The notes: generated by a model from the letters alone, not told the origin. 64,000 nt of DNA from an uncultured delta proteobacterium (GCA_963803975.1 CAWDOY010000025.1:1-64000); one strand, 5' to 3'. Positions 11,504-22,455 are shown, numbered from the stretch's first letter. Made by a program: numbers and translations.

Positions 11504-12499
11504 ATGAAACGATTAAAAGCAATTATTAAACGTTTTTCTAAAACGCGCGTCGGCGTGATCGGCGATATGGCGGCTGATGTCTACATCTACGGAAAGCCCT
11601 ATCGTCTTTCCCGGGAGGCACCGGTCATCGTCATCAGGCACGATTACCAGAAAGTTGTTCCCGGCGGCGCGGCAAATACCGTAAACAATCTCATCCAGCT
11701 TGGCGCGCAGGTTTATCCCATGGGCATTCTCGGCAATGATGACGCGGGAGTTGAAGTGTTTAACTATTTTTCAGACCGCTGCCCGTCGACCGAAGGGCTG
11801 CTGCTGAGCAGCGCCATCGAGACGATTACCAAAACGCGCATCATGGCAGGAGATGACCACACCTCCAAGCAGCAGGTCATCCGCATTGACAAGGAGCCCC
11901 GCTGCCAGCTTTCAGCTGACGAGGAGCGAAAGCTTCTGGCGTATCTTGCCGGGCTTTCACCGCAGCTTGACGCTTTGATTGTGTCTGATTACGGATACGG
12001 CTTTATTACCGGAAGGATACTCGCTTTTATCAGGAACTTTGCCCGCACCAGGACAGTGGTGGCTGATTCACGCTATCGCATGCGCGATTTTAAGGGCGTG
12101 ACCATAGTGACCCCAAATCAGGCCGAAGCAGAAGAGCTCGCCGGCATCGAAATAAAGGACACCAAAACACTGGCCGCGGCAGGAAACAAAATATTGAAGA
12201 GCCTCAACTCTAAAGCAGTGCTTATCACGCAGGGCAATGAAGGGATGACGCTGTTTGAGCGCAACAGGAAACCAACACATATCCCCATCTGCGGCAGTGA
12301 TGAAATAACTGATGTCACCGGCGCCGGCGATACCGTGGCGTCAATCATGGGACTGGCGCTGGGGGCCGGGGCGACCTTTCCTGAAGCCGCGCACCTGTCA
12401 AACGCTGGCGCCAGCGTAGTCGTTATGAAGCGGGGTACGGCTACGCTCACCCCTGATGAGCTGAACAGCGCGATGACATCGTGCCCGGTAAAAAAGTAA
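11504..12499 (+). CDS. rfaE1: D-glycero-beta-D-manno-heptose-7-phosphate kinase (HldA/RfaE domain I, PfkB family)
   Basis: RLSREAPV, PGGAANT, KTRI...QQVIRID, SDYGYG, TPNQAE, DVTGAGDTV. Confidence 0.9.
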   Translation: MKRLKAIIKRFSKTRVGVIGDMAADVYIYGKPYRLSREAPVIVIRHDYQKVVPGGAANTVNNLIQLGAQVYPMGILGNDDAGVEVFNYFSDRCPSTEGLLLSSAIETITKTRIMAGDDHTSKQQVIRIDKEPRCQLSADEERKLLAYLAGLSPQLDALIVSDYGYGFITGRILAFIRNFARTRTVVADSRYRMRDFKGVTIVTPNQAEAEELAGIEIKDTKTLAAAGNKILKSLNSKAVLITQGNEGMTLFERNRKPTHIPICGSDEITDVTGAGDTVASIMGLALGAGATFPEAAHLSNAGASVVVMKRGTATLTPDELNSAMTSCPVKK

Positions 12500-12526
12500 T
12501 GGCCTGTATCGAGGAGAGCATCTGAA

Positions 12527-13010
12527 ATGGCCGGAAAAATATTTAAAGACGTAACCCTGCTGCTGCAGCATGTAGATAACCTTAAACAGCAGCAAAATAA
12601 AATCGTCTTTACCAATGGCGGGTTTAATATCCTGCATGTCGGACATATCCGCAGCCTGCAGGACGCGAAACAGCCGGGGAGATGTGCTGGTGGTTGCTGT
12701 TAACAGCGACGATTCGCTGCGCCGGCTCAAGGGCGTTAACTATCCGTTGATACCTGAGGATGAGCGCCTTGAAGTGCTTGCCGCCCTTGAGTGCGTGGAT
12801 GTGCTTACTCTTTTTTCCGAGCCGACCGTCGACAGCCTGCTTCTGAAATTAAAGCCCCATATTCACGCAAAAGGGACAGACTACACTAAAGAGTCTGTCC
12901 CTGAGCGTGAAACAGTACTTTCCTATGGCGGCGAAATCGCCATTGTCGGTGATGCCAAGGATCATGCATCGAGCAGCATCATCAGCCGCATCCGGGAATC
13001 GTTATCCTGA
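12527..13010 (+). CDS. rfaE2: D-glycero-beta-D-manno-heptose 1-phosphate adenylyltransferase (HldC/RfaE domain II), frameshifted
   Basis: ATG at 12527; [17 protein letters not shown] then [19 protein letters not shown] and HAKGTDY. Confidence 0.88.
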
Positions 13011-13031
13011 ACAAAAGCAATAAGACCCGCA

Positions 13032-13145
13032 CTACTCTTCCACGAGTTCAAATGCGTCTTGATCGGCACTGCAGATCGGGCATATCTCAGGGGGCTTTGC
13101 CCCCTCATGGATATACCCGCAAACTTTACAACGCCACTGTTTCAT
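13032..13145 (-). CDS. Small rubredoxin-like protein
   Basis: MKQWRCKVCGYIHEG...CPICSADQDAFE with two CxxC pairs. Confidence 0.85.
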   Translation of the reverse strand: MKQWRCKVCGYIHEGAKPPEICPICSADQDAFELVEE

Positions 13146-13155
13146 TGCAGCCGCC

Positions 13156-13659
13156 TTAGTCAATTTTCTTAAACAGTTCTTTTCCTGCGCCGCACACCGG
13201 GCAGATATCCGGAGCGCCGTCTTCAATGGTATAGCCGCATTGGTCGCAGACATAAAAGGCCTTCGCCGCAATGTCTTTACCGGCTTGCAAGCTGTCTACC
13301 GCCTTCTGGTAAAGCGCGCCGTGCACCTTTTCAACTGCATTGGCCCAGTAAAAGGACTGTAGTGCTTCCTTGTTGTTTTCCTTTTTGGCAATCTCTAAAA
13401 ATTCCGGATACATCGCGGTAAACTCATGGTGCTCGCCATCATAGGCTGCCTTGAGATTGTCAAGGGTGGTGCTGACTCCCTTGAGCACGTTGAAATGGTT
13501 GTGCGCGTGCACGGTCTCAGCAGCAGCTGCTGCCCTGAAAAGCCGCGCAATACCCTTCTGCCCTTCCTCATCAGCCTTCTTGGCAAAAGCAAGATATTTC
13601 CGGTTCGCCTGGGATTCTCCGGCAAATGCCGCCTCTAAATTTTTTGTTGTATCAGCCAT
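13156..13659 (-). CDS. rbr: Rubrerythrin
   Basis: NLEAAFAGESQANRKY, ETVHA, GEHHE...MYP, EKVH and a C-terminal CDQC/CPVC rubredoxin domain. Confidence 0.93.
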   Translation of the reverse strand: MADTTKNLEAAFAGESQANRKYLAFAKKADEEGQKGIARLFRAAAAAETVHAHNHFNVLKGVSTTLDNLKAAYDGEHHEFTAMYPEFLEIAKKENNKEALQSFYWANAVEKVHGALYQKAVDSLQAGKDIAAKAFYVCDQCGYTIEDGAPDICPVCGAGKELFKKID

Positions 13660-13740
13660 GGTATGCCTCCCTGTTTTTGATTGTTAATAATGTAACTACC
13701 AGACCACTGACAATAAGATACAGACTGTTATCCAATAGGT

Positions 13741-13800
13741 AACTCAGGAACTCACGGTGGGGAAAATAATAATTTTCCTGATTTCCTGAGTTCCAGATTT
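13741..13800. repeat. ~60-bp intergenic repeat, inverted copy of 16882-16948
   Basis: Reverse complement aaatctggaactcaggaaatcaggaaaattattatt...gtgagttcctgagtt aligns with the element at 16882. Confidence 0.8.
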
Positions 13801-13857
13801 AATATTATACTTTCAAAATACCTGGAATATCTCTGTGCGCTCTATGGTTGGCCCCGG

Positions 13858-14598
13858 TTAATCACACCGGCCCACTGCCCCCATATATACCGCGGTCTCA
13901 TTGACCCCGTCAACACCGATAATGGCATTCACCTCTTCATCATAAAAAGCTCCTATGGTGCAGCACCCCAGGTTCAGTGCCACAGCCGCCAGGTACAGGT
14001 TCTCGCCAATATGTCCCGCATCCATATAGATGTAGCGGTATGCCCGCTCCCGGTACTTCCACTTGGAGCGCGCGACCATTGCGGTCCAGATGAAGATAGC
14101 CGCGCTTTCCATAACCATGGTCTGTCCAAGCCCGGCCCGGCACAGCGCAGGTGATTCATCGCCTTCCTTCAGGAGTTCAAGAGAATACTTTGTTATATTG
14201 AAATGGTACAGGCCGGGGGCGAGGTTCTCCACACGATTAACCGCAAGATACGTCTCTATGGGATAGAGAGCCCCTGCAGATGGTGAGGTTCGCAGCAGGT
14301 ATTCGCCGGCCTGTGCGGTGACGCCCTGGGAGGCAAAGATAAGCTGCGAGAGATCCTGCAGGGAAAGCGGGGATGCGCTGAAATCCCGCTGCGAGCGCCG
14401 TTTGCAAAGGGTCTGCCATAAACCCATCCCGCCGTCTGTAACCGGGGCAGGAAGTTTAATCTTCTGCCGTGCATCAGGGTATTCCTTGAACGGCTCCGGC
14501 ATGTTGTCCCAATCAAGGAAACCTCCGGACATACTGTCCCGGGTATATTTTGTCTCTTCCTGGTACTGGTCACCGATACCTTTTTTCTTCTCTGTCAT
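13858..14598 (-). CDS. SagB/ThcOx-family nitroreductase-like dehydrogenase
   Basis: RRSQRDF, LRTSPSAGALYPIE, KYRERAYRYIYMDAGHIGEN, CTIGAFYD. Confidence 0.9.
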   Translation of the reverse strand: MTEKKKGIGDQYQEETKYTRDSMSGGFLDWDNMPEPFKEYPDARQKIKLPAPVTDGGMGLWQTLCKRRSQRDFSASPLSLQDLSQLIFASQGVTAQAGEYLLRTSPSAGALYPIETYLAVNRVENLAPGLYHFNITKYSLELLKEGDESPALCRAGLGQTMVMESAAIFIWTAMVARSKWKYRERAYRYIYMDAGHIGENLYLAAVALNLGCCTIGAFYDEEVNAIIGVDGVNETAVYMGAVGRCD

Positions 14599-14614
14599 TG
14601 CCCTGCGCGGCATA

Positions 14615-15820
14615 TTATTTCAAACGGTTGAAATCAAAGTTCTCATTGGCAATCTCCTGCTTAAATGCGGACACGTCTTTTTTCGTTTTGATTGCCTGCT
14701 GAATAGCGTCGCTGCCATTGATATTTCCGAACAGTATCGTCCCGATAATTTTATTGTCCTGAAGCACTACCTTCCGGTACATATTCCCGGCTTCATCCTT
14801 TATCACGACTGCTTCAAACTTTCCGTCGGTATCGATTTCGCCGGCAGCCACCAGGTCGATTCCCACCACCTTGAGGCTATTGGCCAACACCGTGCCGTCG
14901 TATGTTGCTTCTTTTCCAGCCATGCTCAATCCGGCTACTCTTCCCTGTTCCATTGATGCCGGCCAGATGCCGTAAAATCGGCCGCGATGCTCAATGAGAT
15001 CTCCGGCAGCGTAAATATTGTCAATCCCGGTCTTCATGGTATCGTCCACCTTGACGCCCTTATCGATCTCAAGGCCGAGTGACTTTGCCAGCGTAACTTC
15101 CGGCCGCACGCCGGCGGAAACAAGCACCATATCAGCCCCTATCTTTTCGCCGCCCTCAAGGTTTACTGTAAGGCCGCTATTCTCCCGCGCGATGTCCTGA
15201 GTCTTGGCCCCCAGATAAAAGCTGAAGCCCATCTTTTCCATCTGCTTCCTGAGCAATGCCGCGCCCTCTGTATCCATCTGCCGCGGCAGCAGCCTGGTCA
15301 TGAATTCCACAACGCAGACCTCGATGCCGAGTTTTCGCAAACCATTGCCAGCCTCAAGGCCCAGCAATCCGCCTCCGATGAGCACCATTTTCTTTGCCCG
15401 CTGCGCCCGCTCCTTAATTGCATTGGCATCATCAAGCGTGCGCAGGCTGAATACACCGTCAGCCGGGACTCCCTTTATCGGCGGCACAAAAGAATAGCCG
15501 CCGGTTGCCAGCAGGAGTTTGTCATATTGAAATGTTCTCCCGTCTTTGGCGCTTATTGTTTTCTTTACCGCGTCCACAGCAATAATATCTGTTCCCAGAT
15601 GCAGGGTAATATTGTTTTGTTTGTACCAGGCCTCATTGTGGATGGTTATATTCTGGAGCTGTTTTTCTCCAGCAAGGTATTCAGGGAGAGCGGGAATATA
15701 ATAAAAGTAATGCTTCTCCCGGGTAAACATGAGGATGGTGCCATCCCGGTCGCTCTTGCGGATGTTTTCAGCAGCGGTATTTGCGGCAATGCCGTTTCCG
15801 ATAATAAGATATGTTGTCAT
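14615..15820 (-). CDS. NAD(P)/FAD-dependent oxidoreductase (NADH:rubredoxin oxidoreductase / NirB N-terminal-like)
   Basis: IIGNGIA, LLLATG, IGGGLLGLE, IYAAGD. Confidence 0.88.
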   Translation of the reverse strand: MTTYLIIGNGIAANTAAENIRKSDRDGTILMFTREKHYFYYIPALPEYLAGEKQLQNITIHNEAWYKQNNITLHLGTDIIAVDAVKKTISAKDGRTFQYDKLLLATGGYSFVPPIKGVPADGVFSLRTLDDANAIKERAQRAKKMVLIGGGLLGLEAGNGLRKLGIEVCVVEFMTRLLPRQMDTEGAALLRKQMEKMGFSFYLGAKTQDIARENSGLTVNLEGGEKIGADMVLVSAGVRPEVTLAKSLGLEIDKGVKVDDTMKTGIDNIYAAGDLIEHRGRFYGIWPASMEQGRVAGLSMAGKEATYDGTVLANSLKVVGIDLVAAGEIDTDGKFEAVVIKDEAGNMYRKVVLQDNKIIGTILFGNINGSDAIQQAIKTKKDVSAFKQEIANENFDFNRLK

Positions 15821-15908
15821 AGGTACTCCCTTCCTGTTATTTGCACGTAATGGTTACTATTAAACCACAGAGGACCCGGAGATCATGTATTCTCCGCTCG
15901 CTCTGCTG

Positions 15909-16485
15909 TTATCCGATTACTACTGCACTGCCCAGTTCAAATGCTTCCTTGAGTGCCGTGGGATGCTGCCTGATAGCTCCCTTGGCATCAATCTGCTTAT
16001 ACAGGAGAGAGCCGGCGAACTCCATGTCAAGTGCGTCAAAAAAATAGCGAACGGTGAGCAGCATGCAGTCAAATATCTTTTGTCCCTTGGTCGCGCCCGA
16101 CGCTGATCAGATACCCTTTTCCCTTTGCTCCCCGCTCTGAACTCAGCGGCCTGTTGAGCAGATACTTACCGGCCCAGAAGCACTGGCTCCGGTCAATCAG
16201 CGCTTTCGTTTGAGCGTTGGGGCCGTAAAAAAAGACCGGTGCTGCAAGGCAGAGAATATCTGATTTCTGAAACTGAGTATAAATCATATCCATATCATCC
16301 TGCAGCACACATACCCCGGTTTCATTACAGCCGCCGCATTCAATGCAGGGTGCAAAGTGGTAATTCCTGAGAACTATCTCCGTCACTGCGCCGCCTGATT
16401 CCCGTGCGCCTCTGACAAATTCAGCAAGCAGCAGGTCGGTATTTCCTCCCTCACGGGGACTACCGTAAATAGCGGTAATTTTCAT
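15909..16485 (-). CDS. Iron-sulfur flavoprotein / flavodoxin family protein (one frameshift near the 3' end)
   Basis: GSPREGGNT, PCIECGGC....C, APVFFY, KALIDRSQ; the C-terminus continues in another frame to TAA at 15909. Confidence 0.88.
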
Positions 16486-16584
16486 GTAGTATCCTTGTGA
16501 GTATTTTTTATGTATCAGGATGGAACAAAGGTATGGTATAATTAATTAATATAACAAGGCCTGCTCTTTATCAACAGTATATAA

Positions 16585-16823
16585 TATATAACACAGAAAA
16601 CCATTTGTGCCAGTCCCGTGGACAATTCTGTGACATTTTATCTTTGCATTTGTAGATATGGTAAATTTCTGCTACAGTTCAAAATCAAACCTATCGGTGA
16701 ATCACGGAGCGATTTGTAAGCGGGAGGTATATAACACAGAAAACGCTTTATGCCAGTCCCACAGCACGATTCTCTGGCAATTTATATTTACATTTGTAGA
16801 TATAGTAAATTTCTGCTACTGTT
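16585..16823 (+). repeat. Diverged ~95-bp direct duplication (16585-16679 and 16728-16823)
   Basis: Both copies read tatataacacagaaaac...tgccagtccc...catttgtagatat.gtaaatttctgctac.gtt. Confidence 0.85.
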
Positions 16824-16881
16824 TATTAATTAACCCTTTGCGGACTAAGAGACTGATTCTGTGTTATAAAAATATAATTTA

Positions 16882-16948
16882 AAATCTGGAACTCATGAAA
16901 TCAGGGAAATTATTATTTCTTTCATTGTGAGTTCCTGAGTTCCAGATT
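16882..16948. repeat. Palindromic intergenic element (aatctggaactca...tgagttccagatt)
   Basis: 13-bp terminal inverted repeats; related copies at 13741-13800 and 18506-18563. Confidence 0.8.
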
Positions 16949-16974
16949 GCAATTTACAGAAGGAATTTATCTAT

Positions 16975-18451
16975 ATGGATCAGGTAATTGTCAGATTTGC
17001 ACCATCCCCCACCGGCTATCTGCACATCGGCGGCGCGCGTACTGCTCTCTACAACTGGCTCTTTGCGAAAAAATATAACGGCAAATTCATCCTGCGCATC
17101 GAAGACACGGACCTGGAGCGGTCAACCGATGAGTCCATCAGGGGCATTCTTGACGGGCTTCAATGGCTGGGGCTTACCTGGGACGAGGGGCCGAATTTCC
17201 AGACGCAGCGCCTTCCGCAGCATAAGGAAGCAGCACAGAAGCTCCTTGAGACCGGCTTTGCCTACAAATGCTTCTGCACCAAAGAAACGCTTGAAGCAAA
17301 GAGAGTAAAGGCCCAGCAGGACAAATCAGATTACCGCTATGACGGCACCTGCCGGAACCTCACTCCGGATGAAGTACAGGAACGCGAGCAGCAGGGCCTC
17401 TCCTCTGTGCTGCGCTTCAAGGTGCCGCAGACCGACGGCATGGTTAGCTTTGATGATATGGTCTACGGCCATATTGAAAAGCGATACGCTGACATTGAAG
17501 ACTTTGTCATCCTGCGCTCCGACGGCCAGCCGCTCTATGTCTTGAGCAACGCGGTTGACGATGCCACGGATGCCATATCACATGTCATCAGGGGGCAGGA
17601 CGGCCTGGCCAACACGCCCAAGCAGGTTCTCATCTATCAGGCGCTCGGCTGCAAGCTGCCGCTCTTTGCCCACATGCCCCTGACCATGGATATTAAAAAG
17701 GCCAAAATCTCTAAACGCAAGCATGGTGACGTGGTCACAGTTGCCTATTACAAAGAGCATGGATTTCTGCCCTGGGCGCTCTGCAATTTTCTTGCTTTGC
17801 TCGGCTGGTCAACTTCAGATGACCGTGAGCTGTTTACCCGCGAGGAGATGATCCGGGAGTTTACTTTGGAAGGCGTTGTCCGCCACAATTCCATTTTCAA
17901 TTACCGCCCGGATGACCCGAATAACTGGACTGACCCGAAAGCAATTTCCATTAATGCCCGGCACATGAGCATGATGGCCATCGAGGAGCTGCTTCCCTAT
18001 GTGCGCGCTGAGCTGCAGGCTTCAGGGCTCTGGGATGATGCCTATGACGAAGAAAAGAAACAGTGGTTTGCGGACACGGTGAACCTCATCCGCACCCGCC
18101 TCCACACCCTTAAAGACTTTTCGACTGCTGGCAGGCCCTATTTCTCCGATGACTTTACCTTTGAAGATGCGGCGGTTGCCAAGAACCTGAAGAAGGATGA
18201 AAGGGTGAAGCAGTTATTGATAGATACTGCGGAACAGTTTGATAAACTATCTGTATTTAATATTGAGAATGCTGAGAATGTTATCCGCGAGCTTGCGGAA
18301 AGCAAAGGTGTGAAACCGGGCCTCATCATTAATGCGGTGCGCACCGCAGTGACCGGACAGTCCGCAGGCCCGGGGCTTTTTGAGCTGCTTGGTGGCCATA
18401 GGCAAAGAGCGCGTGGTGAGGCGCTTGACAAAAGCCGCTGATATGCTCTAA
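16975..18451 (+). CDS. gltX: Glutamate--tRNA ligase (frameshift in the last ~20 codons)
   Basis: VRFAPSPTGYLHIGG, LRIEDTD, KISKR; the true C-terminus (IGKERVVRRL...) is in another frame and ends at 18451. Confidence 0.95.
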
Positions 18452-18586
18452 CGATTTTCAGTCGCCGGCGGCACTCAATGGCAGACATTTTTAAATATCG
18501 AGTCTAATCTAAACTCATAGCATCATGATATTTTGCATTTACATGAGTTTCTGAATTCCAGATAACCCTTTAGGGAGGATTTAAAA

Positions 18587-19060
18587 ATGAATACTTGTAT
18601 AATTCTCTTCATTACCCTGCTTCTTTCCCTTTCTAACATTCCCTTAGCCTCATCTCACTGTGAACTTCCCTGCGGTATATACGGAGATGAGACAAGGTTT
18701 ACCATGCTTGAAGAGGACATTGCCACTGTTGAAAAATCCATGACCATGATTGCCGAGCTTTCCAAAGCAGGAGAGAAAAATTATAACCAGATCGTTCGCT
18801 GGGTTAATAATAAGGAGAAACATGCTGACCTGATTCAGGAATCCGTGTCACAATACTTCATGACCCAGCGGGTAAAGCCGGTTGATGAAGCCAAACCTGC
18901 TGAGCATAAAAAATACCTGAAAGAGCTGACACTTCTGCACGAGATGCTCATATATGCCATGAAGACAAAGCAGACCACTGACCAGGCAAATGTGGAGAAG
19001 CTGAGATCATTACTGCAAGCCTTTAAAACATCCTATCTCGGTTCAGCAGTCAGCAAATAG
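18587..19060 (+). CDS. sodN: Nickel superoxide dismutase with N-terminal signal peptide
   Basis: Hydrophobic leader ending ASS, then Ni-hook HCELPCGIY; NQIVRWV..KE.HA; YF.TQR; K.KQT. Confidence 0.88.
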   Translation: MNTCIILFITLLLSLSNIPLASSHCELPCGIYGDETRFTMLEEDIATVEKSMTMIAELSKAGEKNYNQIVRWVNNKEKHADLIQESVSQYFMTQRVKPVDEAKPAEHKKYLKELTLLHEMLIYAMKTKQTTDQANVEKLRSLLQAFKTSYLGSAVSK

Positions 19061-19322
19061 GGTGTTTCTGATACGTTTACCTACCCTTGAGCTGCAGAGC
19101 CCCAGTTCCTTTCCCTGTTCAACTTCAAACTTGAGACTTCATAAGGGATATCTGTCTCATACTTGTGATGACGCGCACGGACCATTTTTGAAGACAAAGA
19201 TGATTCTACCCTGTGACCAGTGCGCTTCAGCTGCCAGCTCACTTTACATTCCATCAAATACGATGTATAAAATATTAGTTTTCTACATTAGCATCCTCAA
19301 GCAAAATAATACGACGCATTGC

Positions 19323-20641
19323 ATGAAAAACTCGGTCTTCATAAAAACCTTTGGCTGCCAGATGAACGAGTACGACTCGTATCGCATGCTCAAGCTGCTG
19401 GAGTCTTCGGGATACACCGCAGCTGCATCCTACGATGAAGCGTCAGTAATCCTGCTCAATACCTGCAGCGTGCGGGAGAAGGCTGAGGTTAAGGCCTACA
19501 GCGAACTGGGAGTGCTCAAGCAGCTGAAGCGGAACAATCCTGAGCTTATCATAGGCATTGCCGGCTGCATCGCGCAGCAGGAGGGGAAAAAGCTGCTGGG
19601 CAAATACCCGCAGCTCGACCTGGTGATTGGCACCTACGCGCTGACAAAAGTCCCTGCCCTGCTGTCACAGATTCGCGGCCGCCGGCAGAAAATTGTCTGC
19701 ACGGACATGAACGGAGCCGAGATGTATCCGGCTGGTTCCTATGTTCCCGAGAAACAGCAGATAACATCATTCGTATCAATAATGCAGGGCTGCGAAAACT
19801 ACTGCTCCTACTGCATTGTGCCGTTCGTGCGCGGCCCTGAGCGAAGCAGGGAAATGGCTGAGATCGTGGATGAAGTGTGCCGTCTCGCAGAGAGCGGAAT
19901 TAAGGAAGTGACGCTTCTCGGCCAGAATGTGAATTCCTACGGCAGGACGCTCACGCCGCAGAGAACATTTCCTGAGCTTCTGGCCGCAATCAATGCCATA
20001 CCGAGATCTGGAGCGGATCCGCTTCACCACCTCGCACCCCAAGGACCTCTCCCCTGAATTGATTGAGGCGTTCAGAGACCTTGATAAACTCTGTGAGCAC
20101 ATTCATCTGCCGCTGCAGTCAGGCTCAGACCGGGTGCTCAGGCGCATGAACCGTAAGTATACTGCGGCTGAGTATTTAAATAAAAATAGCAGCGCTCCGG
20201 AAAGTGGTGCCTGACATCAGCATAACCTCTGACATGATTGTCGGGTTCCCCGGTGAGACAGAAGAGGATTTCCAGGCCACGCTTGACGCGGTCGCTGAAG
20301 TTGGGTTTGACGATCTCTTCTTTTTCCGCTATTCTGACAGGCCGGGAACTAAAGCATCGGGTTTTCCTGACAAGGTGCCCTATGACATCATGATTCAGCG
20401 CCTCACAACGCTGAAAGATAGACAGACGGAAACCAGCACTGCAAAAAACCGGCAGCTTCTCGGCATGATTCTGCCGGTGCTTTTCCAGGAGAAAAGCAAG
20501 CGCAGCCCCGAACACCTGGCAGGAAGAACCCGGACCAACAAAGTGGTCAACAGCAGGGCCCCTGAACGTTTCATAGGCACAACAGCGCTGGTTAAGATTG
20601 AACGCGCGCACATTCATTCATTGAGCGGGAAATTACTATAG
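19323..20641 (+). CDS. miaB: tRNA-2-methylthio-N6-dimethylallyladenosine synthase (two frameshifts)
   Basis: [65 protein letters not shown] and a TRAM domain. Confidence 0.93.
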
Positions 20642-20690
20642 CTGATAGCGCTCAGCTGTCAGCTGACAGCTTTAAGAAAGCGAGGCATCC

Positions 20691-21341
20691 ATGATTGATC
20701 TGCACACCCATTCACTCTTGAGCGATGGAGAGCTGCTGCCCTCCGAGCTGATCAGAAGAGCGGCCGCGATTGGCTACGAAGCAATAGCGATTACCGATCA
20801 CGTTGACATATCCAATTATGATTTTGTGATACCGCGGATTGTCAAGGCCTGCCAACAGGCAGCGACAGAGCTTAACCACATTACGGTCATCCCCGGCGCT
20901 GAGCTGACCCACATCAACCCGGACGACATTCCCCTGTTGGTAAAAGAAGCACGCAGCCTGGGCGCGCGGCTTATTGTAGTTCACGGCGAAACTATTGTTG
21001 AGCCGGTCAGGCCGGGCACCAACCGAAAGGCCCTTGAATCAGACGTTGATATTCTTGCCCACCCGGGGCTGATTGCAGAAGAAGATGTACGCCTGGCACA
21101 GGAGCGAAACATTGCGCTTGAAGTGACCGCCCGCAAAGGTCACTGTCTCACCAATGGCCATGTCGTGAAGCTTGCGCGGCAGTATGGAGCGCGGTTAATT
21201 CTCAACACCGATGCTCATGCACCTGATGATTTGCTCACCTTTGAGCGGGCACAAAAAATAGCCATGGGTGCAGGTCTGAGCCAGGATGATTTTAACGATA
21301 TGCTCCAAAACAGCAGAGCTATCCTTAAAACCGCAAGCTGA
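20691..21341 (+). CDS. PHP-domain protein (histidinol-phosphatase-like)
   Basis: DLHTHS..SDG, AITDH, GAELTH, VVHGET, ILAHPG, NTDAH. Confidence 0.88.
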   Translation: MIDLHTHSLLSDGELLPSELIRRAAAIGYEAIAITDHVDISNYDFVIPRIVKACQQAATELNHITVIPGAELTHINPDDIPLLVKEARSLGARLIVVHGETIVEPVRPGTNRKALESDVDILAHPGLIAEEDVRLAQERNIALEVTARKGHCLTNGHVVKLARQYGARLILNTDAHAPDDLLTFERAQKIAMGAGLSQDDFNDMLQNSRAILKTAS

Positions 21342-21514
21342 TATAGTGCCGCTGTTGCTTAAAATGAACATCCCGATGGGACTGACTGCAATGAACCGGC
21401 CCCCGGAATAAACGTAAAAAGAGTAATAATTATAAGAAGTTCCATATTTTCTCTTGACATTTAAGCGCTAAAATACTATTAATTTTGTTTAATTTTCTAA
21501 ATCCGAGGAGTTAC

Positions 21515-21952
21515 ATGAAAACCTATAGCGCGAAGAAAGAAGATATAACACAGGAATGGTATCTGGTAGACGCACAGGACAGGATTCTGGGACGGATTGC
21601 GACGCAGATTGCAAACATCCTCCGCGGCAAAAACAAGCCGGTGTTTACCCCCTATGCTGATGCCGGTGATTTTGTCATTGTCACCAATGCAGAAAAGGTG
21701 CGGCTGACGGGCAATAAGCTGGAGAACAAATGCTACTACCGGCACACCGGTTATCCCGGCGGATTGAAGACCAGGACAGCACAGGAAGTGCTGACGAAAA
21801 AGCCGGAAGATCTCATCCTGCTGGCGGTCAAGGGCATGCTGCCCAAGAACCGCCTGGGAAGAAAACTGATAAAAAAACTTAAAATATATGCCGGCAATGT
21901 TCATCCCCATGAGGCACAACAGCCAAAATTACTTGAACTGAGAGAGGTTTAA
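21515..21952 (+). CDS. rplM: 50S ribosomal protein L13
   Basis: [44 protein letters not shown]. Confidence 0.98.
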   Translation: MKTYSAKKEDITQEWYLVDAQDRILGRIATQIANILRGKNKPVFTPYADAGDFVIVTNAEKVRLTGNKLENKCYYRHTGYPGGLKTRTAQEVLTKKPEDLILLAVKGMLPKNRLGRKLIKKLKIYAGNVHPHEAQQPKLLELREV

Positions 21953-21958
21953 TAACGT

Positions 21959-22354
21959 ATGTACGAACAGAAATATTTCGCTACCGGTAAACGGAAAACT
22001 TCAATTGCCAGGGTCTGGATGGAGCCTGGGGATGGGAATTTTATAGTAAACGAAAAAACGCTGGATAACTATTTCGGCGGCCTGAGCTGCCAGATAGCAT
22101 CCATCATGCAGCCGCTTGAGCTTACCGAATGCCTGGGCAAATATAATATTTGCGCCAATGTCATGGGCGGCGGTATGACCGGACAGGCAGACGCCATTAA
22201 ACACGGCATTTCCAAAGCCCTGCTGGTGCTTAACCCTGAATTCCGGGCACTCCTGAAAAAAGCCTCTATGCTCACCCGTGATTCCCGCAAAAAGGAACGA
22301 AAGAAATACGGGCAGAAAGGCGCGCGCAAGAGATTCCAGTTCTCCAAGAGATAA
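21959..22354 (+). CDS. rpsI: 30S ribosomal protein S9
   Basis: ATGKRKTSIARV, GGGMTGQA, ERKKYGQKGARKRFQFSKR. Confidence 0.98.
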   Translation: MYEQKYFATGKRKTSIARVWMEPGDGNFIVNEKTLDNYFGGLSCQIASIMQPLELTECLGKYNICANVMGGGMTGQADAIKHGISKALLVLNPEFRALLKKASMLTRDSRKKERKKYGQKGARKRFQFSKR

Positions 22355-22384
22355 TTTTTTATTCTTCACATCATATGCGATCAA

Positions 22385-22419
22385 AGGCCCTCACCCCGAA
22401 CAGCGGTGAGGGCTTTTTT
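22385..22419 (+). terminator. Rho-independent terminator after rplM-rpsI
   Basis: gccctcacc-loop-ggtgagggc stem followed by a T-tract. Confidence 0.8.
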
Positions 22420-22455
22420 ACTGATATGACGGATATCACGAAAGGAAACCGGGCA

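Noticed and set aside
13858..14598. SagB-like gene as part of a TOMM/RiPP cluster
   Set aside because: No YcaO, precursor peptide or transporter nearby; the context is redox stress.
19062..19322. Long N-terminal extension of MiaB
   Set aside because: Homology starts at [12 protein letters not shown] (19323); the upstream part is open intergenic sequence.
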